From: Lepidodermella squamata
Taxonomy: Eukaryota; Animalia; Gastrotricha
DNA length: 64,000 bases
Assembly (NCBI GenBank): GCA_047495785.1
Contig: JBLDXI010000034.1
Span: 868,001 to 932,000 of the forward strand
Direction of reading: 5' to 3'
Both the position numbers and the translations under genes were made by a program. The notes below the pieces were generated by a model. It made no database searches. It was given only the letters and a program-made list of their open reading frames with translations, and was not told where the DNA came from. Numbering within the stretch: the first letter of the stretch is position 1; each line of letters begins with the position of its first letter. This document shows positions 49,542 to 61,522 of the stretch, piece by piece.

Positions 49542-49962
49542 ATGGCCAAGCTAGCTGTCATTTTTGCTGTCCTGTTGGTATGCTTTTTTGCAGTGTTATT
49601 AAACTTTTTCGTATGTGATATTCTTTTACAGTTTGTTGCTTCTGCTGTAGATTTTGCAGATTGCAAGAGTAAGAGTGGAAAAAATGAACGGGTCATCTTG
49701 AGATGTAATAGACTTTTTCTTTCTTCGTATGTGATCTTTTTTACATGTTGTTTCCTCTGCTATAGATGATAGAGCTGAAATCGTCAGGAGGGGACAACTT
49801 GCGTTAGATAAGAAACGACGAGGCGAAAAATGCGCTAGGGACTTCCAACATGACACCGACGCGAGACTTAAATGCTATGCACAGATTGGGCGAGAGGAAG
49901 CGGAGCCTCAGGAAGCCATGCGAGCAGCCTTCGCCTATGGGATGGCCGGAATTGCAAATTGA
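49542..49962 (+). CDS. Secreted peptide family member D
   Basis: Exons 49542-49577, 49632-49704 and 49766-49962: MAKLAVIFAVLLFVASAVDFADCKSKSGKNERVILRYDRAEIVRRGQLALDKKRRGEKCARDFQHDTDARLKCYAQIGREEAEPQEAMRAAFAYGMAGIAN*. Confidence 0.7.
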
Positions 49963-50207
49963 GAGTTGTACGGCAAGTATCAGCGAGCTGGCTGCATGGA
50001 AAGTTAGCAGCAAGTGAGAATGAGCTGAAGAAGAATACAGCTAGTTGGCACCTCTCGCTGTCGTATTGAAACTGTTTTGATTGTACAGTATAGAGATAAA
50101 TATCGCTGCTAACTAATAAAACAAGATTGCTAGAGGCTAGTTTTTGATTATATGCTACGGCGTTGATTGTTACGTGGCTACCCGGGGTATTATACAATAT
50201 CCGGATG

Positions 50208-50369
50208 CAAGGGATCTAGCCTTTTGAAATTGGGGGTGGGTAATCGCAAAATGGGGTAAAAATGGACCTCAAAAGCTCAAAAATAGCCAAAAAGCTAAAT
50301 TTTTGGGGGTGGGTAGCCGAATTTTGGGGGTGGGTTGGGGTGGGTTGAGGGTGGCTAGATAAACCCTTG
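50208..50369. mobile_element. 162-bp hAT-type MITE
   Basis: TIRs CAAGGGATCTAGCC / GGCTAGATAAACCCTTG; perfect 8-bp TSD TCCGGATG at 50200-50207 and 50370-50377. Confidence 0.85.
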
Positions 50370-50884
50370 TCCGGATGGATATCATAGGTGGATAGCACGA
50401 TGGATAGTGGCCTGTGAACCGGAACATTAATATTTCGAAGAAACGAATTTAGAGAAGACTCCTTTTCAAGTTGTTGGCGGTTTACCGCGAGGCAAGCACC
50501 AACACGGGTCGATGACCGCTTTCCAATAATGCATAGCATACGTGCGACTTCCCGCGTCATACTCATTTTGTTCAGTGTTTAGATCACAGCTAACGTTTTG
50601 ACACCCTATATCTGAAATGATCACTGCCTGCTAACGCGAGCATCCAACATCGATTTTTGTGTGTTCAGCGGGCAGACGTCTAGCCAACAGCTCATCGAGC
50701 GACCGGCTCACCGCAAAGTTCATATCTTTGAATAGGTCAGTGTTTCTCAAACTGGAAGTCACGAGCTGCGTCACAGCCACATACTTGCTGTTATAATCGC
50801 TTTCCCTGGGCTAACATCCGGAGCATTCGGATGGTGCTATGAACCCCACTGCTATAGCGAAATCGCGAGGCCCAAGCAGCCATC

Positions 50885-51364
50885 CAGTAGGACCAAACGA
50901 CTACCCTTGGCTGATTTGTTTTAATTCAACATTAACTCTACTCTATGACAACCGGATGTTTCAATAGGTTTTCCTCGAGGATAACAACAGCCGCGATACT
51001 TCTGCCTCTAACTGCGGAACTTCTCTCATCTCGAGGCAATGGCTGATAACAGCTGCTCATTGCGTTTGGAATGCTGGTGAGACTCCGATTTTGCAGGGCT
51101 TTTCAATTTGCTTTCCGCTTTGAGTGATCCGTTTTATACATACGGATCAAAACGATGCTCGGTCTCCATAATATCAGTCTTCGTTCAGAGGACGAATTTC
51201 TTGTGTCGCTGCCTCCGTTGGTACATCCGCTTTACAGCGGCAGTCAGAATTCGTACGACTTTGATTTCGCTCTGCTGCGACTGACGAGCTCAGTTCCCAG
51301 ATTCTCGCAGCAGATGAGGCCGATTTATTGGACAGATGCGGATGGCCGTGCGAAAAACCCGTAG
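50885..51364 (+). pseudogene. Trypsin-like (S1) serine protease fragment
   Basis: GPNDYPWL, CGTSLISRQWLITAAHCV (His motif) and HPLY...DFALLRL (Asp motif) are present; a stop occurs before any GDSGG motif. Confidence 0.75.
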
Positions 51365-51738
51365 AACATACTGCATTTCGAGAAAAATCAGATTAATGTG
51401 CCTGGCCAACAAGAAAATTGAAGGTTTTCCATCAGACGTCGAGGCACGTAATGATTGAAGTTGGCAGCGAATATCATAAAAATGGTGACAGAAATTTAGT
51501 TAGCATCATCTACAGATCGCAGCTAACAAGAAACCTTTTAGAAACCCTATAGCTCAAATGCTCATTGCCTACTTGCGCTACTACCACCCCTGCCATCGTC
51601 GATCATGTTTGCTCAGCGGGCAGACGTCTAGCCAACAGTTCATCGAGCGCCTAGTTCACCCCTAGCTCATTATTCGTTTTTCATTTCTTTGAACAAGTGA
51701 TAATTTTTCTTTCTTAATTAATTTGAACTGTGAACATC

Positions 51739-52029
51739 ATGGCAAAGCTGGCTGTCATTATCGCCGTCTTATTGGTATGATTTTCGTTGAAACAATCCCC
51801 ACACGTTTCCCCTTCTTTGATAATTTTGTAGATTGTTGCTGCTGCTATTGATTGGACAGACGCTGTCGATCAAACTCAAAAGAGATTTTGTATGCAAGCG
51901 AAGAGTTTGAGCCAGCAGAAGCGCGATGAATGCATCAAAAAAGCTGAAGCTGCACAGCCAGTGATTTCTAACAAAGACATCCTGCGTGCATCCCGTGGCC
52001 ATAGTAGGCCTAGTCAAACATATTGGTAG
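51739..52029 (+). CDS. Secreted peptide family member F
   Basis: Exons 51739-51774 and 51832-52029: MAKLAVIIAVLLIVAAAIDWTDAVDQTQKRFCMQAKSLSQQKRDECIKKAEAAQPVISNKDILRASRGHSRPSQTYW*. Confidence 0.8.
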
Positions 52030-52921
52030 CTGGTAGCTATACGGCGAGATTCAGCGAGCGGGCTGCATTGAATTCTTGAAAATTGGCAGCAAATGATGAG
52101 AAGAAGATGAGCGATGAGCTGTAAGCAGATAACGCTTCGAAGCTGTTGATGAATGAGATGAATCTCGCTGCTATTTATTTATTTATTTATTTAGAAGCTA
52201 TTACACCCAAAGAGGGAAGCTTGACAAAGTATAAGGAAAACAACATATAATTGCAGGACAGGGTCACATTTAGGACAGGAAAAGTGTTGTAGAAGAAACA
52301 AAGTTATAGAATTAGCTAACATCCGCTCTGCTTCCAGATTTGTGAAGAGGAGTAACGATTGAAACCTTCCAATCATCAACAAACTTTCCTTCCTTAATTC
52401 CCATGTTGAACAGTATTGCCAAATATGGGGCGTTGCTAACTAATAAAAAGATGTCAGAGGCTTATAGGTTAATTTTTTTTGCCAGGAAACTACCTTGGTT
52501 TCCGGTCGAAGTAGGAAAAAAGCCGATTTCATTGGCTCCATTGGCAACAGTAGCGCCGCGGGAAATCTTTGAGACTGATAAGAACGCATTACTCCTTATC
52601 TAAAGGATTCTAGGAACGGCCGGAAAGGAGCCGGCTGTTATACATGCCGCGAAGAGGGTTCAGTAGGAGGCTCAACGCCATTTTCCAGGATTTGAATTCC
52701 AACGCTTTCCACGACATACTCACGCAACGACAAGGGGCATTCCAGGGGTCCAGAATTTTATGACCATTATGAAAGGGTCATGATATGAATTTTAAAAATA
52801 AATTTCCATCTTGGTTTTGATGAACAGAGGTTACGATTCCCCATTCCCACTTGTACATCGCGCACTGTTTGCTGTTTGATCCGTGCAAGATCATCTGAGC
52901 CCAATTTTTTACTAATATTGA

Positions 52922-53095
52922 TTTTGCCGGTGAATAATTCGGATTAAGGCTTGCTAGCCTCCGTTTCAAGGTGACGGGTGACATTCACCCAAAAGCGGCA
53001 TTTCATGACGTGAATGAAAGGCAAAGACAAATGACATATTACTCCTTAAAACTGATGCGAATAAGCTTAAACCACAGTTATCAACGGCGCTAACG
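52922..53095. mobile_element. Degenerate copy of the 48125-48314 MITE
   Basis: GCCGGTGAATAATTCGGATTAAGGCTT...GTTTCAAGGTGACGGGTG...GTTATCAACGGCGCTAACG. Confidence 0.6.
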
Positions 53096-53445
53096 ATATC
53101 TAGCTAGCGTTAAGTAATAATTGTCGTTTATTCAGAGAGATGACAAATCATGAATCATGAACTAATGGTGGGATGAGCTTTTCGCCAGACGTCTAGGCAA
53201 ACAATGATCGAAGTTGGCTGTTAGCGGCGAACATCGTAAAAACGGTGGAAAAAACATTTTATTATGATCGCAGCTAACGTTCATTGCACAATCATCCCTG
53301 CCATCGTCGATCGTTGTGTGTTCAGCGAGCATGCGTCTAGCCAACAGCTCATCGAGTCCCAATTCACCCCTAGCTCATTACTCGTTTTTCATTTCTTTGA
53401 AAAAGTGATAATTTTCTCTCTTAATTAATTTGAATTTTGAACATC

Positions 53446-53729
53446 ATGGCAAAGCTGGCTGTCATTATCGCCGTCTTATTGGTATGATTTTCGTTGAAAC
53501 AATCCCCACACGTTTCCTATCTTTGATAATTTTGTAGATTGTTGCTGCTGCTATTTCTTGGGCAGATGCTACCAGTCAAGATCTGAAGAAATGTCAAGGC
53601 ACAAAGGGTTTGACCTCGCAGCAGCGCGAGGAATGCTTCAAAAAGGCTAACGCTGCAGCGCTAAAAAAAGCTGAACTAGACAAGTCTGCAGACATTTACA
53701 CTATTATGCCCGGAATGGGAAAATGGTAG
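53446..53729 (+). CDS. Secreted peptide family member G
   Basis: Exons 53446-53481 and 53538-53729: MAKLAVIIAVLLIVAAAISWADATSQDLKKCQGTKGLTSQQREECFKKANAAALKKAELDKSADIYTIMPGMGKW*. AATAAA at ~53864. Confidence 0.8.
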
Positions 53730-55339
53730 TTTCATGGCGAGTTTCAGCGAGCGGGCTGCATTGAATCCTTGAAATGTGGCAGCAAGGGATGAGAAGAAGA
53801 TGGGCCGTTATTTGCTGGCTCATTTTCTAAAAGATTGTAGAGATAAAGCTCGCTGCTATCACTAATAAAAGAAAGATTTCGGAGGCCTTTTGTTCTCAGT
53901 TGTCAGTTTTGTTGCTTGGAATGAAACATGTGTTGACTCCGGTCGGAAGTAAGTCAGGAAAAATTGTTCAGGGAACGCAAATGGGCAGCTGTAGCGCCCA
54001 AGCGAACCTTTGAGCACAATAATGAAGCAATAATGAAAAATGAAACAAATAATGCAAAAGTAATGACAATAACACTAAGGGCCGGAACCGAGCCTGATAT
54101 TGTACATGCCACGAAAAGGTCCTAGCAACATTTTCCAGTATTTTAATTCCGAATTCTGAACAGCAACTTTGTGATTATGGTGGTTCACGGAGGAAAAGAT
54201 ATAGCTTAACGCTTAACTTAAAGATGGCAAGCGTTGAACTGATGCGACCAGAAACAAGCCTTGTTTGGAGCAATCTACAACAGGAAGGCAGCTCGCTTAC
54301 TAAAGCGGGTCAAGGGTGAGATCCAGTGCCGAATCATGACTCCAGGTCAGGCCGTTAAGCAAAATTATTGACCGTTCGAGTCTTCTCACTCTGAGGTTTT
54401 TTCATCTGAAGTTGCAAAATTGTCATCACGCCCTAAGGCAACTGCATTATTTGCCTGATAGGTGATCCGGCCCCAAGAGAGGTGACACCCTTCCCCCTCG
54501 CCCCCACTTGTAGAATATGTGACTAATGCAACCCAACCCGGGAGGCATGAGCATCGACTGCATTGCGTGGCCTGACGGGGAACTCGCCGTTATTGGGAAC
54601 TGAAGAAGCCCAGTTCGTTGCAGACTCACTGTCAAGCCGTCGTAAGTTAAGAGCAGCATCAGCAAAGGAGTCGGTGATCGGTGAACGGCGAGCGGGTTTC
54701 ACAAGCTGATCGAGAAATTTAGCAATCCGCGGTTATCGTCATTGGACGAAACAAGGCGTCAATAAGGTCGAATCCAGTAAAAAACCATGCTAGGACATTA
54801 ATTTGGTTCGTTTCGGCAGCTTTGCGCTGAGCATGAATGGTTAAGTCGGTTGAAATCACTACCCCTTGAAGTTCCCCTCCTAGCCATCTTGGAGGGGAAT
54901 TTTTTTCGCCCCTCCCCAATCTTCAATATTCTCTCGAGAATGGCAGCAACCGGGATCGATGTCCCAATAACTCTATCTACGTCGTGTGACTTGATTAACT
55001 GGCTATCTGGGCTAACCGCGGCAGCGCACACTTTTATTATCCTCATTTCATTATTCTCAAGTAATAACTTGATGTGAGCTAAAATCGGGGGAACAGGCTT
55101 TTGAAAAAAATTAGTTTTCAAAATAAACATGAGCAAAAATTACGGGCGCCTGATCGGCGGGAAATCGGATGTCAAATATCAGTGTTTGGTCAATTGCGGC
55201 GTCAAACTTTATTTTTTTGACAAATAACCACTCCCATGAAAGCCTGAATTACACAGGCTATCGAATGATATGCGATACTTGAGTGAAACTTGTTTTTATG
55301 CAAGCGCGGCCGCGTTCAAATTTTGACCTTGGAAAAGGG

Positions 55340-56700
55340 TGTGCTGTCAAATGGGTGCGCCTTGTCAACATGAGGCATTTACCGTTCGATAGAGCTCCTC
55401 GAATTACCCATTTCTCATGAAAATTCGCCACTGAACTCGCATTTGAATATGATCCAGAACTGCAGAAGCGATATTTCGAAATTGATAGGGCTTGTTTTTT
55501 ATCTCAAATTTTAACGCGAGGCTTACAGGCAAAAAGGGCATATCGGCTTGCGGTTTTCACCCGTGGATAGTCCGTGAAATGTTGTACTAGAAATGGCTAT
55601 TAGATTACGCCCGGTCGCTTCTGTATTGTCGCGAAAAAATTCACAAAAACGTCGAAATCTCGAAATTTCGAAAGTTTTAAGCTGGATCAAAACAAGTTCT
55701 ACCGCGCCTCCTATAGGCAAAAAACTATGAGGGCTACGACGAAGCGCGTAGTATCGTTTGATTCCTCGCATTTTTCTGCAGCGGATGGTTCTAATTAATT
55801 TTGCGCACAAGTATTGCATACAGGCTAAAAACGCAAGTGAGAAAGCCCAACTGTAAGTGTGCACACAAAAAATATGGCCATAACAAGTTTTACCGCGCGG
55901 TGAAAAACGCCATAACTACGGCGGCTACAACGACCAGCCTGGTCTCAAAATTTTTACCTGACTATGCTTTACGCGTTAAAATCATTAATATATCAGCACA
56001 AATCCGCTGAATGGGAAAATTTGAGTAGAAAGTTGGTCATCAAAGTTTAAAAGGTTTGACATTGACATGGGCGTTGCGTCAAATGGGTGTGTCCTGTGAA
56101 CGTGAGGCATGTATCATCAAGTATTGGCGCCTCCGAAAACCTAGATCTCATTAAAACTCGCCACTGAAGTCGCAGTAAAATAAGTCACGAAATTGTAAGA
56201 GCGAAATTTCGAAATTTACCAGGTTTGTTTTTTATCTCACATTTTTACCGCGTGGCTTATTGGCAAAAAACGGTGAGCGGTATCGCTTTGAAATTTTTAC
56301 CGTTAGATAGCCCGTGAAATTCCGCACTAGAGAGGGTTATCAAATAACGGCAGGATGTTTCGAGATCGTCGCGAGAAAATTTATAAAAACATCGAAAATT
56401 CGAAATTTTAAAATTTTAAGGTGGATCGGCCGCGCCTCATATAGACAAAGAACTATGAGGGCTACGACGATGGGCCTAGTCTCGTTCGATTCGTCTTGAA
56501 GTTCTACGTCGACCTATGCAATGTGTGTGTGCGCACAAAACTGCTAAGCGTGTCGAAAATTTGACAGAAATCGACTCTGAGTGAGTGTGTGAGCGCCGCC
56601 GCGCACTAAAAATGGGTTGAAAAATGCGATTTACCGCGCCTCGTCTGGCTCAACAACCATGAGGCCTGTGATAACGAGTTTGGTCTCTAAAAATTCAGCG
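55340..56700. repeat. Two diverged ~730-bp direct repeat units, probably the interior of a non-autonomous element
   Basis: GTCAAATGGGTG...TGAGGCAT...TCGCCACTGAA.TCGCA...TTGTTTTT.ATCTCA at ~55347 and ~56078. ACCGCGCCTC...ATGAGG.CT recurs at ~55701, ~56431 and ~56633. Confidence 0.6.
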
Positions 56701-57534
56701 CAAAATTTGCTACATTCTAGGTGCATTCAAATATGAGCGCTACCAGGTTGGGCTGTCAAAATAATTGACCAAAGTCGAAAAAATTAAAAATTTCATTTTC
56801 ACTAAAAATCAATCGCGCGGCAAACGCTATATTCTAAGGATATCTTGCGAATCTTGCGGCGGTTTTGGTACCAAAAAATCGGCCGTCCTTTCTAGTATCT
56901 TAAAATCCGACTTTGTCACGGCAAATTATGCACCTATAAGGGTGTCACCCGCGCCTTGAAAATTTCACACACAGTGAGTGAGGGCCACTTTTTCAAGTGC
57001 GCGCAACTTGTAAATTCGATAGAAAATCAACCGTTTATCGCCTATCAACAAAATTTAGACTGTTCGATGCAGAATTTCTCGTAGAATGTCACTGATGCAG
57101 CCCTCCCCCCCAGGGAGGGCCGCCAAACTGGTTTTATATTGAAATTTCGAAGAGGCGCATCGCAACGACCCGGCTCTCGCGTGTGACGCAATCAACCTCG
57201 GTCATGAGGGTGCCGGTAACCGTGACCCAGACGGCGGCGTAAGCAGCTCATGAATATTAATGAGCAGTTCTCCATTTTTTTATGAATAAAAAATCGCCAA
57301 AAATCAGCCGTATGGTGAAACTTGCAAAAAAAAGTTTGTCCATAACTTCGAAAAAAGATCTATCTATGACTTATTTTTCCATATTTTTATCGTTAAAATT
57401 CGTTTCCCTAGGTTTGTTTTTCGTCCAGCGCAAAACGCCTCTACCATAGTCGCCTCGACCGGCGAAGTTGAGAGAGAGGCGCTGGACCTCCGGTTCAGGC
57501 TGCGGCTCCGCCGCTAGGGGAACCCTATCGGGTT

Positions 57535-60433
57535 GGTTCGCGCAATCATCTAGAAAAACGGGGCACCAGCTGCCGGTTGCCGCAAAAATTTTCAAAATCG
57601 GATTATTTTTGGTGAAGTTATTGATGAAATAAGATCGGCCGGTTTATATTTCCCCCACCCTCCAAACCGGGGTTGAATATCATGTTTTTTAAGAAATATG
57701 ACTGATGCCTCCCTCCCCCGGGGGAGGGAGGCAGCTGGTAATTCATAAAAAGTTTTTAACGGCGAATAAAAAGTTTCGAGCGCCACTACCTGTTGCGCTC
57801 CTAGCGCTGCCACTGTGTGCGCGCGGTTATAGCAGTGCGCCGGTGATTACGCAATAGGTACCGTGTGCGCGCGCGACCGACGCGCGCGCGGCGGTGGTGG
57901 CGTACGGCACCGGTGACCTAGCGCCGTTAGGTCAAGTTTTGCGTCATCGATAAAGCGATTTTTTCGTTTTTAATTCATTAAAAATCAGGAATAATTGCGA
58001 TTATGCTGGAAAGTTTTTACCTGAGACTTGAAAGGCTCGCCGATTTTTCAGTATTTTTTTCATATTTATAACTGAAATATTCGTTTCCCTACGCGAAAAA
58101 TGTGGTACCGCCATATACCTCATACGCTTGGCAGCGATAGCTAAAGCGCCATGCGGCATTTTGTATTGGGGACTCCGTCCCTGTGGGACCTTTGGTGCGC
58201 AACCATCTAGAAAAACGGGGCACCAGCTGCCGGTTGCCGCAAAAATTTTCAAAATCGGACTATTTTTGGTGAAGTTATTGATGAAATAAGATCGGCCGGT
58301 GTTTATTTCCCCCACCCTCCAAACCGGAGTAAAATATCACGTTTTTTAAAAAAGATAACTGATGCCTCCCTCCCCCGGGGGAGGGAGGCAGCCGGTAATT
58401 CATAAAAAGTTTTTAACGGCGATACAATAAAAAGAATGGCGCAGTTGCGCAGCCACAGGTGCGCGCGGTTATAATGAGCGCCGGTGATTACGCGTGTGTG
58501 GTCGTGTGCGCGCGCGAGAGCGCGCGGTGGTGTCGATGGCTACGGTGACCTTACGCCGTTAGGTCAAGGTAGTTGCGCAATTGCGTAACCGGAAGAGCGA
58601 TTTTTTCGTTTTTAATTGTTTAAAAATCAGTAGTTTGTTCGCTATGTTTGAAGAAAAGTTATTGGAGGTTTTGAAACATTGCCGATTTTTTTGTATTTTT
58701 TGGAATTTTACAGCTATCACAGGAGTTTCCCTAGGAGTTTCCCCAAAATTTCCTATAACCCCTTCCGCATCAGCAGTAGCTGATGCGCCGTACTCTATCG
58801 CTTATTGGGGACTCCGTCCCTGTGGGACCTTTGGTGCGCAACCATCTAGAAAAACGGGGCACCAGCTGCCGGTTGCCGCAAAAATTTTCAAAATCGGATT
58901 ATTTTTGGTGAAGTTATAGATGAAATAAGATCGGCCGGTTTTTATTTCCCCCACCCTCCAAACCGGGGTTGAATATCATGTTTTTAAGAAAGATAACTGA
59001 TACCTCCCTCCCCCGGGGGAGGGAGGCAGCCGGTAATTCATAAAAAGTTTTTAACGGCATATAAAAAGTTTCGAGCGCCACTACCTGTTGCGCTCCTAGC
59101 GCTACCACAGTGTGCGCGCGGTTATGATAGTGCGTCGGTGATTACGCAATAGGTGTCGTGTGCGCGCGTCCGGACGCGCGCGCGGCGGTGGTGGCGTACG
59201 GCAGCGGTGACCTAGCGCCGTTAGGTCAAGTTGTTGCGTCATCGATAAAGTGATTTTTTCGTTCTTAATTCATTAAAAATCAGGAATAATTGCGATTATG
59301 CTGGAAAGTTTTTACATGAGACTTGAAAGCCTCGCCGATTTTTCAGTATTTTTTTTAATTTTGTAACTGAAATATTCGTTTCCCTATGCGAAAAATGTGG
59401 TACCGCCATATACCTCATACGCTTGGCAGCGATAGCTAAAGCGCCATGCGGCATTTTGTATTGGGGACTCCGTCCCTGTGGGACCTTTGGTGCGCAACCA
59501 TCTAGAAAAACGGGGCACCAGCTGCCGGTTGCCGCAAAAATTTTCAAAATCGGATTATTTTTGGTGAAGTTATAGATGAAATAAGATCGGCCGGTTTTTA
59601 TTTCCCCCACCCTCCAAACCGGGGTTGAATATCATGTTTTTAAGAAAGATAACTGATGCCTCCCTCCCCCGGGGAGGGAGGCAGCCGGTAATTCATAAAA
59701 AGTTTCTAACGGCAATAAACAAAAAGAATGGCGCAGTGGCGCAGCCACAGTGTGCGCGCGGTTATCATGAGCGCCGGTGATTACGCGTGTGTGGTCGTGT
59801 GCGCGCGCGAGAGCGCGCGGCAGTGGCGACCGGCTCCGGTGACCTTACGCCGTTAGGTCAAGGTAGTTGCGCAATTGCGTAACCGAAGCGGCGATTTTTT
59901 CGTTTTTAATTGTTTAAAAATCAGTAGTAGGGAGGCAGCCGGTAATTCATAAAAAGTTTCTAACGGCAATAAACAAAAAGAATGGCGCAGTGGCGCAGCC
60001 ACAGTGTGCGCGCGGTTATCATGAGCGCCGGTGATTACGCGTGTGTGGTCGTGTGCGCGCGCGAGAGCGCGCGGCAGTGGCGACCGGCTCCGGTGACCTT
60101 ACGCCGTTAGGTCAAGGTAGTTGCGCAATTGCGTAACCGAAGCGGCGATTTTTTCGTTTTTAATTGTTTAAAAATCAGTAGTTTGTTCGCTATGTTTGAA
60201 GAAAAGTTATTGGAGGTTTTGAAACATGGCCGATTTTTTGGTATTTTTTGCTATTTTACAGCTATCACAGGAGTTTCCCTAGGAGTTTCCCCAAAATTTC
60301 CTATAACCCCTTCCGCGTCAGCAGTAGCTGATGCGCCGTACTCTATCGCTTATTGGGGACTCCGTCCCTGTGGGACCTTTGGTGCGCAACCATCTAGAAA
60401 AACGGGGCACCAGCTGCCGGTTGCCGCAAAAAT
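57535..60433. repeat. Higher-order tandem repeat with ~640/657-bp alternating monomers
   Basis: Anchor CATCTAGAAAAACGGGGCACCAGCTGCCGGTTGCCGCAAAAAT at 57547, 58204, 58843, 59499 and 60391; a 253-bp internal duplication in the last unit. Confidence 0.95.
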
Positions 60434-61522
60434 GTTGTCTGTCCAAAGCGGGGGCATTATTAACATATGAATCTACAAAATGTGCCAACAAGTAAATGAA
60501 GGGTTAGAAACTTCTAGAGATCGACTTCTATTGGCTTTCGAGCAATAAAATTGTTGGTTGTTGGTGAATCATCCATAAGCCAGTTTGAAAAATTGTTGTA
60601 CAAGTGAAGTCGTTGAATGCCAGAATTCCAGAATCCAACCAGTCGTTGAAAAATTGTGGCTCAATTTTACCTTGTCTCGTGAATGATTATTAACACCTCC
60701 TTTTCATTTGACAAGGTCGTTGGGGTTTGCCAGATCATTAAACTATATCATATATATTTGTTGACAACTGAAAGTGGGGTTTATCTTATTCTCTTTAATT
60801 AATTTGTTAATTCTGTCTTTTTCATTTGACAGAATTTGCAAATTTGTATACGTTTATGCAAAATCACGGATATTTGTGTAAAATCAGAGTGGCGCCTTTC
60901 CACATTGAAACATTTGGGCGCGAAGTAAGTCAACTCAGTCCTGTATACCGCTGCATTTAAAAGCAATGCATGCACCTGGCTTACCTTATTGCCCTTTGCC
61001 AATATTGCAGCTATCAAATCTACCCTGGGCCACTTCCTTTCAACTTATCTGCTAGCAACAGTGCCGCTGGAAATGAAATACTGAAAGATGTGCGTAATAC
61101 TTTTCAAACGAAAAATTCTCACCGTGTGGCTTGTTGACTTTTGTGTTTCCATGCCAGCTTTTCTATGCGTTTTTACTACTGGTTGTGTTTACTCTCGCAA
61201 ACTCACAGAAAAAACGGATTTTCAACTCGACTCTTTGCTCAATTGTCTAGAAATAGGACAGCTTTTTGCAACATGCCAAGTTTTTGCGAATGGACGACAG
61301 TTCAATCGGACCATTTTAATGTACTACATAATGTCACATGGCAACTTGCGTTTTACTTAGATTTACACACCTGCCTGTAATTTATGCATGCTAAATGTTG
61401 CGACTTCCTCGTAATCAATAGCGCGGTAACTAACGGGTAATAGGATTAGTCGATTATCTCAAGTATATAGCCTCATATTGTCATTCAACAAAACGTTTAG
61501 GTTTTAGGGCTATTACAACCTT

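Noticed and set aside
47657-53729. Peptide C-x13-C spacing as mimicry of the receptor Cys-loop
   Set aside because: There is no FPFD-like sequence and the peptides look helical, so the equal spacing is probably coincidental.
54180-55140. Short ORFs that could be decayed retroelement coding sequence
   Set aside because: No recognisable RT, gag or integrase motif.
57535-60433. CRISPR-like array, or the repeated ORFs (KIFAATGSWCPVF...) as genes
   Set aside because: The units are ~650 bp with repeated rather than unique spacers, there are no cas genes, the context is eukaryotic, and the ORFs are not kept in frame between units.
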